Origin: Macrostomum lignano
Lineage: Eukaryota
Length of the DNA stretch: 64,000 nt
NCBI GenBank assembly: GCA_002269645.1
Contig: NIVC01000023.1
Span: 620,001-684,000 of the forward strand
Reading direction: 5' to 3'
A program made the position numbers and the translations under genes. The first letter of the stretch is position 1. Each line of letters opens with the position of its first letter. The notes beneath the pieces were generated by a model. The model was not told the origin of the DNA and ran no database searches. It saw nothing but the letters and a program-made list of their open reading frames with translations. Of this stretch, positions 12,836 to 23,594 are shown piece by piece.

Positions 12836-15800
12836 ATGCTTGGCCGAACACCCGGTCGCGGTGTGCGCAATCGAATCAATTCGCAGCCCCGCGAAGCTGT
12901 CGAAGTGTTCTGCCGCGTCCGGCCGGCGCCTCTGTCGGCGGCTAATTTTGAAGACTGTCTAACGGTCAAGGATGAACGAACTCTGCTGCTTGATAGGGCC
13001 GGTGCTATGAGGTAAAAAACGTACATGTACTGTTGCTGCGATTATGCCAAGCCTCAAATTTTGCTGGCAAAAATAAAATTTACTAATTTTGCTACTGATA
13101 GTAGAAATGCGGTGATATTGCTACTGACAGTAGAAATGCGCTATTTTGCTACTAACAGTAGAATTGCTCTAATTTTGCTACTAACAGTAGAAATGCGCTA
13201 AATTTGCTACTGATAGTAGAAATGCGCTAATTTTGCTACTCACAGTAGAAATGCGCTAATTTTGCTACTGACATTAGAATTGCGCTAATTTTGCTACTCA
13301 CGGTAGAAATGCGCTAATTTTGCTACTGACAGTAGAAATGCGCTTAATTTACTACTAACAGTAGAAATGCGCTAATTTTGCTACTGACAATAGAAACTTT
13401 TGAATTTCGCTGCCAACGCAAATAAAAAACTCAACTGCAGGTCCACCGAGTACACTTTCACTCGCGTGTTCGACGATGCCTCAAAGCAGTCGGAGGTGTT
13501 CAGCAGCGCCGGCCTGCCGCTGGTAGAGGAGCTGGTGCAGGGCCGCAACGGCCTGCTGTTCACCTACGGAGTGACTGGCAGTGGCAAGAGCTTCACCATG
13601 CAGGGCCATCCGGACAATCCCGGCCTGCTGCCCCGTTGCCTGGACTCCCTGTTCAACTCTGTGGGCTCCCGACTGGCCAAGAAGTTCGTCATTCAGCCCG
13701 ACAGGTGCAATGGCTTCGACATTCACAGCGAGGCTGAGGCCATGATGGAGCGGCAGCGGGTGGAGCTGGAGAGACGGCACGGCGGCTGGAGGCAGCTGGA
13801 AGCTGAGGTTCGTTTGTGCTTCATCAGTTGAAGACTTTTGTTCAATTGAGAGCTTTATTCAATACTCGCTTCTGTCAACAGCCTCACTCGCTTCTGTCAG
13901 CAGCCTCACTCGTTTCTGTCAGCAGCCTCACTCTCCCCATCCTCCCCTTCACCCAGGCGGCCTCCCGCATTCGCGAGAGCGCTCGAGTCCCTCTCGGCGA
14001 GCTGGAGGGCGACGCCTTCGGCTGCGCGGTCTTCGTGAGCTACGTGGAAATTTACAACAAGCTCGCCTACGACCTGCTGGAGGATTTCGGAGTCCCCGGC
14101 CAGGTGCTGCGGGCGGAGCCGACGTCCCGGGCCCTGCGTGAGGACGCCAGGAGGAACATGTACGTGAGCGGCGCCCTGGAGGTCGAGTGCCGCTCCGGTG
14201 ACGAGGCCTTCGCCGTCTTCCTGAAGGGCTGCGCCAGGAGGCAGGTGGCCCAGACAGCGCTGAATGCTGAGAGCTCGCGATCTCACTCGGTGTTCACCAT
14301 CAGGCTGGTGCGGGGCTGCTACGACTGCCGGCTGGGAGAGATGGTTCCGGTGAGTCACTAAGCTGGGAAAGATGGTTCCGGTGAGTCACTAAGCTGGGAG
14401 AGATGGTTCCGGTGAGTCACTAAGCTGGGAAAGATGGTTCTGGTGAGTCACTAAACTGGGAGAGATGGTTCCGGTGAGTCACTATGCTGGGTGTGATGAT
14501 TCCGGTGAGTCACTATGCTGGGTGTGATGGTTCCGGTGAGTCACTATGCTGGGAGAGATGGTTCCGGTGAGTCACTAAGCTGGGTGTGATGGTTCCGGTG
14601 AGTCACTAAACTGGGTGTGATGGTTCCGGTGAGTCACTATGCTGGGTGTGATGGTCCCGGTGAGTCACTAAGCTGGGTGTGATGGTTCCGGTGAGTCACT
14701 AAGCTGGGTGTGATGGTTCCGGTGAGTCACTAAGCTGGGACAGATGGTTCCGGTGAGTCACTAAGCTGGGTGTGATGGTTCCGGTGAGTCACTATGCTGG
14801 GTGTGATGGTTCCGGTGAGTCACTAAGCTGGGTGTGATGGTTCCGGTGAGTCACTATGCTGGGTGTGATGGTTCCGGTGAGTCACTAAGCTGGGTGTGAT
14901 GGTTCCGGTGAGTCACTAAGCTGGGACAGATGGTTCCGGTGAGTCACTAAGCTGGGAGAGATGGTTCCGGTGAGTCACTAAGCTGGGTGTGATGGTTCCG
15001 GTGAGTCACTATGCTGGGTGTGATGATTCCGGTGAGTCACTAAGCTGAGGTGATGGTTCCGGTGAGTCACCCTATGTAAACGGCACACTATACTCGATCC
15101 AAAAGTACATCCTGAACCCATTGGTGATTATAAAAGTACACCCTAAACCCATTGGTGATTATAAAAGTACACCCTGAACCCATTGGTGATTATAAAAGTA
15201 CATCCTGAACCCATTGGTGATTATAAAAGTACACCCTGAACCCATTGGTGATTACAAAAGTACACCTGAACCCCTTGGTGATTATAAAAGTACATCCTGA
15301 ACCCATTGGTGATTTTAAAAGTACACCCTGAACCCATTGGTGATTATAAAAGTACACCCTGAACCCATTGTTGATTATAAAAGTGCACCCTGAACCCATT
15401 GGTGATTATAAAAGTGCACCCTGAACCCATTGGTGATTATAAAAGTACACCCTGAACCCATTCGTGATTATAAAAGTACACCCTGAACCCATTGGTGATT
15501 ATAAAAGTACACCCCGTCCTGCAGGACAAGAGCCTCCTCCACGTCAGCCAGCTCTGCCTGGTGGACCTCGCGGGCTCCGAGCGGTCGCTCCGCACGGGCA
15601 ACGCGGGCAGCCGCCTGCGGGAGGCGTCCAACATCAACAACTCGCTGCTGGTGCTGAAGCGGTGCATCGAGGCTCTGAGGGAGAACCAGCGAGCTGTGAG
15701 CGCCGGGGGCGCCAACGCCGCCACTAAGATTGTCCCGTACCGGGAGAGCAAGATGACGCAGCTGTTCAAGAACTTCTTTGACGGTGACGGCTCCGTCAAG

Positions 15801-18280
15801 ATGGTCCTCTGCGTCAACCGCAACGCCGAGGAGGTCGAGGAGACGGCGAACGTCCTGAAGTTCGCTGAGATGGCCTCCGAAGTGCAGGTGGGTGCTGATC
15901 AACTTCTGTCTTGTTTTTCCCATCAATAACCTGTCATCTCCATCTAAGCTTATTCTGGTTCTCATCACTGATCCCCATCACTGATCCCCATCACTGATCC
16001 CCGTCACTGATCCCATCACTGATCCCCGTCCCTGATCCCCGTCCCTGATCCCCGTCACTGATCCCCATCACTGATCCCATCACTGGTACCCTTCACTTAT
16101 CCCCATCACTTATTCCCGTCACTGATCCCCATTCCTGATCCCCATCACTGATCCCCGTCACTGATCCCCGTCCCTGATCCTCATTACTGATCCCATCACT
16201 GGTACCCTTCACTTATCCCCTTCACTGATCCCCATCACTGATCCCCATCACTGATCCCATCACTGGTACCCTTCACTTATCCCCATCACTGATCCCCGTC
16301 ACTGATCCCCGTCACTGGTACCTTCACTTATCCCCATCACTGATCCCCATCACTGATCCCCATTACTTATTCCCGTCACTGATCCCCATTCCTGATCCCC
16401 ATTCCTGATCCCCATCACTGATCCCCATCACTTATCCCCATCACTGATCCCCATCACTGATCCCCATCATAAGCCCATATTCCGCAATCCCCGCAGGTCG
16501 TCCGCTCCAAGGTGCCGCAGACGCCCCGCTGGCAGGCCGCAACGCCGCGCCCGCAGGTGCCGTCGGCGCCGCCATCGTCGTCGGAGTCGGCGGAGGACGG
16601 CAGCGGCGGCCGCATGTGGCAGTTCGACAGCATCCTGCCGGTGTCTCCGTCAGCGCCGGACTCGGCGACCGCGGCAGCTGGCAGCTCGCTGCGGCAGTCG
16701 CAGTGGGAGCTCTGGGACCAGCGGGCGCGGCTCTTCAGGGCCGAGCTGGACGCCGCTTGGGACGGCGGCAGCGGCAGCGGCGACCTCCTCGAAGAGGTGC
16801 AGCGGCTGCAGGCGGCGCACCGGGCGGAGAAGGCGAGGCTGGAGAAGCGACTGAGGAACGCGGAGATGCGGCTGTGCAAAGACAGGGCAGCTGCGGACAC
16901 GGGGAAGAAAGAACTGCTGAGCAGACTGGAGGGCCAGGAGAACCAGCTGAGGAGGGAGCGGGCTGACAAGGAGAGGCTGCGAGACCAGTTCAAGTACCGC
17001 ATGGTGAGCACTGATGAAGCTGGGGATGCTGGGAAAGTAGTTCAAGTACCGCATGGTGAGCATTGATGAAGCTGGGGATGCTGGGGCAGCAGTTTAAGTA
17101 CCGCATGGTGAGCATTGATGAAGCTGGGGATGCTGGGGCAGTAAAGATGAGGCACGGAGGATGCTGGGGCAGCAAAGATGAGGCATGGAAGATGCTGTGG
17201 CAACAGAGATGAGGCATGGAAGATGCTGGGGCAGCAGAGATGAGGCATGGAAGATGCTGGGGCAGCAGAGATGAGGCATGGAAGATGCTGGGGCAGCAGA
17301 GATGAGGCATGGAAGATGCTGGGGCAGCAGAGATGAGGCATGGAAGATGCTGGGGCAGCAGAGATGAGACATGTGTGATGCAGCATCTCAAGCTCCACCC
17401 GCCCCTCCCCGCAGGACGCAGTGCAGAAGTCGGCGGTCCGCCCGCGCCTCCGCCGCAGCCGCTCGCAGGAGCAGCTCAACGCCGATGCAGCTGCTGCGCC
17501 AACGCCGGGCCTCGTCAGCCGCCTGCGCTGCCGCTTCAGCCCGGGCGCCAGCGGCCAGAAGGCGCCGCCGCCGCAGCCACAAGAGCTGCCGCCGCCACCG
17601 TCGAATCCTCGCTACCGCCGAAGGTCCCGCAGCGCCGGGCAGCTGGTGGTGGACCACCACGCCAAGCACGAGACACCCAGCGGCACTGTGCTGTGCACCA
17701 AGGTGCCAGGCAAGCGGAAATCCGTCACCAAACTGGAGGTTCGGGACATTCGCAAGGCCACGGACTATGTGCTGACGCACCAGACTGCCGACGGCAGCGG
17801 CGGCCTGCGCACTGAGGTGTACAAGGGCTCCGTCACCCCCACTGCTGGTGGCGGCTCCGCTGTACGATTTAACGATGTTGAAAGGCTTGAACAGGTAGGT
17901 CTGTGTGTTTCTTTGCACAATGAAGATAGGGCTCGGTTTAAATTCAGAATTCTTTTAAATTAATCTTTCTAATATTATCTGAGATTTGCACTCTATTTAT
18001 ATCCCATACGGAGAGTAACAATGATTGAATTTTTATTCTAATTTCAATGCATCCAAACTAATGTCAATGCCAGATGTCGCCAACCAGAGTCGGTATCAGC
18101 GACGGCTCCTGGCTAACCGGCGGCAGCGGCAGGAAACGAAAAGCATCGGGCGGCGGTGCCGACGGGCCGCCGCGCACACAGCTGAGACCTTTGCATTTAA
18201 CTGAGTCGCCCGACGACATTAATAATGACGAGGATGAGGATAATTCTGGCGCTAGTCTGATGTCTACTGACGAAGACTAG
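12836..18280 (+). CDS. KIF23: Kinesin-6 KIF23/MKLP1/Pavarotti; exons 12836-13011, 13441-13807, 13957-14349, 15525-15887, 16497-17003, 17415-17894, 18074-18280 (830 aa)
   Basis: Motor motifs: GRNGLLFTYGVTGSGKSFTM (P-loop), VSYVEIYN, NAESSRSHSVF, LCLVDLAGSER, VPYRESKMT. There is a coiled coil and the MKLP1-specific tail RRSRSAG..VDH...YVLTHQ...KGSVTPTAGGGSAVRFNDVERL. All junctions are GT-AG and frame-consistent (2493 nt). Confidence 0.95.
13080..13395 (+). repeat. 29-bp minisatellite in KIF23 intron 1
   Basis: Unit AATTTTGCTACTGACAGTAGAAATGCGCT, about 11 copies. Confidence 0.9.
14332..15070 (+). repeat. 31-bp minisatellite built from the KIF23 exon 3/intron 3 junction
   Basis: Unit CTGGGAGAGATGGTTCCG|GTGAGTCACTAAG. 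GTGAGTCAC occurs 24 times, from 14350 to 15062. Confidence 0.95.
15100..15514 (+). repeat. 31-bp minisatellite abutting the KIF23 intron 3 acceptor
   Basis: Unit AAAAGTACACCCTGAACCCATTGGTGATTAT, about 13 copies, ending about 10 nt before the AG at 15523-15524. Confidence 0.95.
15960..16468 (+). repeat. 13-bp-based minisatellite in KIF23 intron 4
   Basis: Unit ACTGATCCCC(A/G)TC with interspersed ACTGGTACCCTTC variants. Confidence 0.9.
16987..17370 (+). repeat. 52-bp donor-containing repeat x3 followed by a derived 31-bp repeat, KIF23 intron 5
   Basis: AAGTACCGCATG|GTGAGCA has GT at 17004, 17056 and 17108. It is followed by AGATGAGGCATGGAAGATGCTGGGGCAGCAG units. Confidence 0.9.
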
Positions 18281-18349
18281 TCAGTAGTAGCATTTGTCTG
18301 TTGTTCCGTACATTTAGTCAAAGAAGTTGTGAGGCGTTCAGAGTTGGGA

Positions 18350-18800
18350 ATTCCCTCAAGGTCACTATTCAAGGCCACGCTATTCTCTCGTGTAATTAAA
18401 TCCATTAGAGAATAACTGCTGTCACGTTACTCCTCTTTCAGCCAATAGCGATATTTTCAAGGTCACAATATCATTTGTATAATGTGTCCTTTAGGAAATC
18501 CCCTCAAGGTCATTTAAGAATCACGCCACTTGCCTAGTGGGAAAGAGTGCATTGAAACAGTTCGGTTGCCCGTGGTGCGCAATTGCTGCTAGTTGATTTT
18601 CAAGGTCACTAAGTATTGTACGTATTCTATTGGCTGCTGAAAATCACTCAAGGTCATATTGAGATCACGCGATTGAGTCATTTAAAGACTTGTCTTAATT
18701 AAACAGTGTTAAAAGTATGTCAGTTAGAAAGTCCCTAGTGTCATTTAGAAGTCACGCGATTGTCTCGTGATTTGTGAAAAAAATTGGTCTGACCTTGACA
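18350..18800. promoter_or_regulatory. Cluster of TCAAGGTCA motifs in a decayed repeat of about 145 bp
   Basis: TCAAGGTCA at 18356, 18457, 18504, 18600 and 18648; reversed at 18790; TCAAGGCCA at 18369. This matches the NR5A/ERR extended half-site. Function is not shown. Confidence 0.35.
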
Positions 18801-19349
18801 GGGGATTCCCAACAGTTCCGCCCCAATTTGAGGCGGGAATATCGCAATTTTTATTATATAAGTGAATCAATTATTTTATAATTCAGTTTCGCACATATCT
18901 ACTAGTATAGCTGCCCTATTTTTATATTAATTTTGTGACGGCCTACCCCATACTTTTTTGTTATAATGTTGCATTTGTTTATTTTATAGTATTGTATAGT
19001 ATAATAAAAATACAACTTTCCGAATTGATTGTCACTGTTTTAAAAATCCTCTCAGACAGTCTTTGTGTTTATATTTCTGGTGCTAAAAATTATACATATT
19101 TGCATTTTTCTTGGTCTGCAATTTACTCTGCAAATGTAAATTAATTAATTTATTAGTTAATAGGCTGCCTATCAGTTCTGTTTATGCATTGATACATTGC
19201 TTCAATCAATCGTTGGTACCTTTTATAAGTAAATCGAGCAGTCATCATTCATATAGCTAATTGTGCTTTTACATGCAACTTTTACCCGCAGATGGCGTGT
19301 CGCGTACTTATGTCGGTCTATTGCTTTGCCTTATTTGTTGCGATTAGAA

Positions 19350-19800
19350 TATCTCCCCTGTCACCAGGTAGGGCTATCTCCCCTGTCACCAGGTAGGGCT
19401 ATCTCCCCTGTCACCAGGTGCTGCTATCTCCCCTGTCACCAGGTAGGGCTATCTCCCCTGTCACCAGGTAAAGCTATCTCCCCTGTCACCAGGTAGGGCT
19501 ATCTCCCCTGTCACCAGGTAGGGCTATCTCCCCTGTCACCAGGTAAAGCTATCTCCCCTGTCACCAGGTAGGGCTATCTCCCCTGTCACCAGGTAGGGCT
19601 ATCTCCCCTGTCACCAGGTAGGGCTATCTCCCCTGTCACCAGGTAGGGCTATCTCCCCTGTCACCAGGTAGGGCTATCTCCCCTGTCACCAGGTAGGGCT
19701 ATCTCCCCTGTCACCAGGTAGGGCTATCTCCCCTGTCACCAGGTAGGGCTATCTCCCCTGTCACCAGGTAGGGCTATCTCCCCTGTCACCAGGTAGGGCT
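19350..19800 (+). repeat. 25-bp minisatellite x18 upstream of CRBN
   Basis: Unit CTATCTCCCCTGTCACCAG|GTAGGG. The first AG|GT junction is at 19367/8 and the last at 19792/3. Confidence 0.95.
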
Positions 19801-20007
19801 GTCTGCCTATAAATTTTTTTGCTACTCCAGGTACTCTATGTATAATTTTGCATAATCTACTTCTCAGTTGCAGCACTTGAAGCCTTGAACTCTGATGTCG
19901 CGAGACAAAAAAGTTCAATGAACCAGCTGCTAGATTCTCCGTTAAACAACGCAACTAAGCGTTATTAATATTAGTTATAATTATAATACCAACGTACGAA
20001 AAGCAAA

Positions 20008-22865
20008 ATGCTGCGCCTATTTCGCTATCTGCACAGACGTCGCCGAGCTAATAGCGGCGAATCTAATCGCAATAATAATAACAATCGTAATAATAATCGT
20101 AACGCGGTAGCATTAATCACATTCGATGTCAGTTTACCGTTGCAACACGGTTACCTTGGCAACGATCTCCAACCGATGCTGCCCGATGCGTCATCAAGTC
20201 AGACTGCCGCCGATTCTGCTGAAAAATTAATAGTCGAGCTGCCCTATTTTGTCCGCTGTCCGCTAGGCGTGGTAGTGCCTGGCCAGATTGTGCCCGTGAC
20301 GCTGCACCATCCTGTCGACGTGTCGGCCATGTCGGCATTGCATCGTAGCGGCCCTGCGGCCAGCCTTGTGGCCGCTATGCCGAGACTGTGCCGCTTTGGC
20401 GCCACTCTGCGTATATTGGCTTTTAAAGAGGAAACTGACGATAGCGTGAGTCTGCTTGGCCATGACTTTAATAACATTACCCCTACTCAAAATCGCCATC
20501 AGCCCCTACTTAGAATCGCCCTCAGGCCTCAACCACTACTCAGAATAGCTCTCAGGCCTCAGCCCCTACTCAGAATAGCTCTCAGGCCTCAGACCCTACT
20601 CAGAATAGCTCTCAGGCCTCAGACCCTACTCAGAATAGCTCTCAGGCCTCAGACCCTACTCAGAATAGCTCTCAGGCCTCAGCCCCTACTCAGAATAGCT
20701 CTCAGGCCTCAGCCCCTACTCAGAATAGCTCTCAGGCCTCAGCCCCTACTCAGAATAGCTCTCAGGCCTCAGCCCCTACTTAGAATCGCCCTCATCCCCT
20801 ACTCAAAATCGACCACAGGCCTCAATTCCTAATTAAACTCGCCTTCTGGCCTCAGCCCCTACTCAGAATCGCTCTCAGGCCTCAGCCCCTACTCAGAATC
20901 ACCCTCAGCCCCTACTCAAAATCACCCTCAGCCCCTACTCAGAATCGCTCCCAGGCCTCAGCCCCTACTCAAAATCGCCCTCAGCCCCTACTCAAAATCA
21001 CCCTCAGCCCCTACTCAAAATCACCCTCAGCCCCTACTCAAAATCACCCTCAGCCCCTACTCAAAATCACCCTCAGCCCCTACTCAAAATCGCCCTCAGC
21101 CCCTACTCAGAATCGCTCCCAGGCCTCAGCTACTACTTAGAATCGCTCTCAGGCCTCAGGCCTTACTTTAAATTACCCTCAACCCCCACAGTCGGGCCTG
21201 AGCACCATCAAAGCCAAGCTAATCGGCTGGCAGAGATTCGAACTTCTGTCGGCTCGTCGCGAATTCGATGGCCGCTGCACGGCTCGAGTTCGCCTCCTAC
21301 CTGAGCTGACTAATCCGCGCCTAGCGCCGCTTCCCGGCGCCTGGCATTCGGCGCGCTCTAACCGGCGCCTAAACCAGGCGGCCAGCCCGGCCCCGGCCTG
21401 GGTGATGGACTCCTACCGGCCAAGCCGCCTGGCAACTGAAGCGGCAGCCGAACTGTCCAACTGGTGCCCCACTGTTGCCGATGCCGCTGCTAAATCTGCC
21501 GAGGATCCGTTGGGCTTCTCCTATTGGCTGATGCGCCAGCTACCGTTTCCTGATTGGCTGCGCTCCGAGCTGCTAGCATGCGAGCATCCCTGCCGGCGTC
21601 TGGTTGCCTGCCTGGCCGCTCTCAGGCGCTGCTTGGGATTCGCCTGCGGCGGTTGCGGCACTAGACTGGCTGGCAGGTGAGAATCTTCTCGGGAAAGAGA
21701 TGGGATCTTCTCGGGAAAGAGATGAGATCTTCTCGGGAAGGAGATGAGATCTTCTCGGGAAAGAGATGAGATCTTCTCGGGAAGGAGATGAGATCTTCTC
21801 GGGAAAGAGATAGGATCTTCTCGGGAAGGAAATGAGATCTTCTCGGGAAAGAGATGAGATCTTCTCGGGAAGGAGATGAGATCTTCTCGGGAAAGAGATG
21901 AGATCTTCTCGGGAAGGAGATGAGATCTTCTCGGGAAAGAGATAGGATCTTCTCGGGAAGGAAATGAGATCTTCTCGGGAAAGAGATGAGATCTTCTCGG
22001 GAAAGAGATGAGATCTTCTCGGGAAAGAGATAGGATCTTCTCGGGACAGAGATGAGATCTTCTCGGGAAAGAGATAGGATCTTCTCGGGAAGGAAATGAG
22101 ATCTTCTCGGGAAAGAGATGAGATCTTCTCGGGAAGGAGATGAGATCTTCTCGGGAAAGAGATGGGATCTTCTCGGGAAAGAGATGGGATCTTCTCGGGA
22201 AAGAGATGGGATCTTCTCGGGAAAGAGATGAGATCTTCTCGGGAAAGAGATGAGATCTTCTCGGGAAAGAGATGGGATCTTCTCGGGAAAGAGATGGGAT
22301 CTTCTCGGGAAAGAGATGGGATCTTCTCGGGAAAGAGATGGGATCTTCTCGGAGAAGAGATGAGACTTATTTGGGAAGAAGAGATGAGACCTTCTCGAAG
22401 AAGAGACGGGATCTTCTCGAAGAAGAGATGGAATTTCCTCAGGGAGACAATCGTAATCTCGCGGAAGAGAGGAGATTTTATTATTTAATATTAATTTAAG
22501 ATTTATGAATTTAATACTCGTAAAAATCGTCAGAGTGGAGGGTGCACCGATTCTTTAATCTTGACATTCACATGGCGACCCTCTCCCCACCTGCTTTATC
22601 TGTCTGCTCAGAGCTGATCTCATCTGCCTTAGCAACGCTGGCTGTTCCGGGGCCTACGTTAATCCCTCCGGCCAAGTGCACGATCTAGTCACCGTAGCAA
22701 CCGTTACTAAGTCCAGTCTCCGTTGCCGTGGCTGGAGCAGCTCCGAGCATAGCTGGTTCCCCGGCTACGAATGGCGAGTCGCAAACTGCCGCAGGTAAAA
22801 TGCCGCCTTGTGTAGGGGGAGGGGCAGACAGACAGACAGACAGACAGACACTAAAACAGAGACTA

Positions 22866-22943
<78 letters not shown>

Positions 22944-23050
22944 CACAGACAGACAGACAGACAGACGGACGGACAGACAGACAGACAGACGGACGGACAG
23001 ACAGACAACACAGACAGACAGACAGACAGACGGACGGACAGACAGACAAC

Positions 23051-23106
<56 letters not shown>

Positions 23107-23107
23107 C

Positions 23108-23157
<50 letters not shown>

Positions 23158-23247
23158 GGACAGACAGACAACACAGACAGACAGACAACACAGACAGACA
23201 ACACAGACAGACAGACAGACAGACAGACGGACGGACAGACAGACAAC

Positions 23248-23283
<36 letters not shown>

Positions 23284-23594
23284 CACAGACAGACAGACAG
23301 ACAGACGGACAAACTGAAGATTTCTCGCCCCTAAGACAAGCACAAAGCAGACCCCAGAGCAGGCGCTAAGACAGGCATACAGGCGGGCTTGCACAGCTCA
23401 GACAGGCACAGTCAGTATTCTACCATAACCGTTCCCCAACCCGCAGCTGCGGCAAGCACATGGGCTGGCGTTTCGATCGGTCCACCGGGCAGCGCCGGCT
23501 GCAGCCCAAGAAATTCTGGGGCCTCTGCCGGTCGGCGCTGTCGCCGTGCTGGGTGGAGACAACAGACGAGACGGCGGATGCTGGGAGTTGCTAG
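20008..23594 (+). CDS. CRBN: Cereblon (LON-N plus CULT domain); exons 20008-20445, 21192-21676, 22612-22794, 23447-23594 (417 aa)
   Basis: Family motifs: [57 protein letters not shown], the zinc pairs CGGC and CRSC, and the CULT motifs [26 protein letters not shown] and KKFWGL. Junctions are GT-AG and in frame (1254 nt). Confidence 0.95.
20500..21185 (+). repeat. 30-bp grading to 23-bp minisatellite in CRBN intron 1
   Basis: CTCAGGCCTCAGCCCCTACTCAGAATAGCT, then CCTCAGCCCCTACTCAAAATCAC, fading into the acceptor. Confidence 0.9.
21677..22440 (+). repeat. 22-bp minisatellite in CRBN intron 2, starting at the donor
   Basis: Unit ATGAGATCTTCTCGGGAAAGAG. The donor GTGAGAATCTTCTCGGG is itself a unit variant. 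Confidence 0.9.
22826..23310 (+). repeat. (GACA)n microsatellite in CRBN intron 3
   Basis: Long GACA run with GACG and ACAACAC interruptions. Confidence 0.95.

Noticed and set aside
17031-17075. Hammerhead-like CTGATGA...GAAA
   Set aside because: Extra GG before GAAA and no convincing stems I and III. It is part of the donor-derived repeat.
20446-20832. In-frame ([10 protein letters not shown])n extension of CRBN exon 1
   Set aside because: This is intron read-through. The donor at 20446 and acceptor at 21191 restore the conserved LON domain.
22685-23394. RQTD/SVCL repeat ORFs
   Set aside because: They are translations of the (GACA)n microsatellite in CRBN intron 3.
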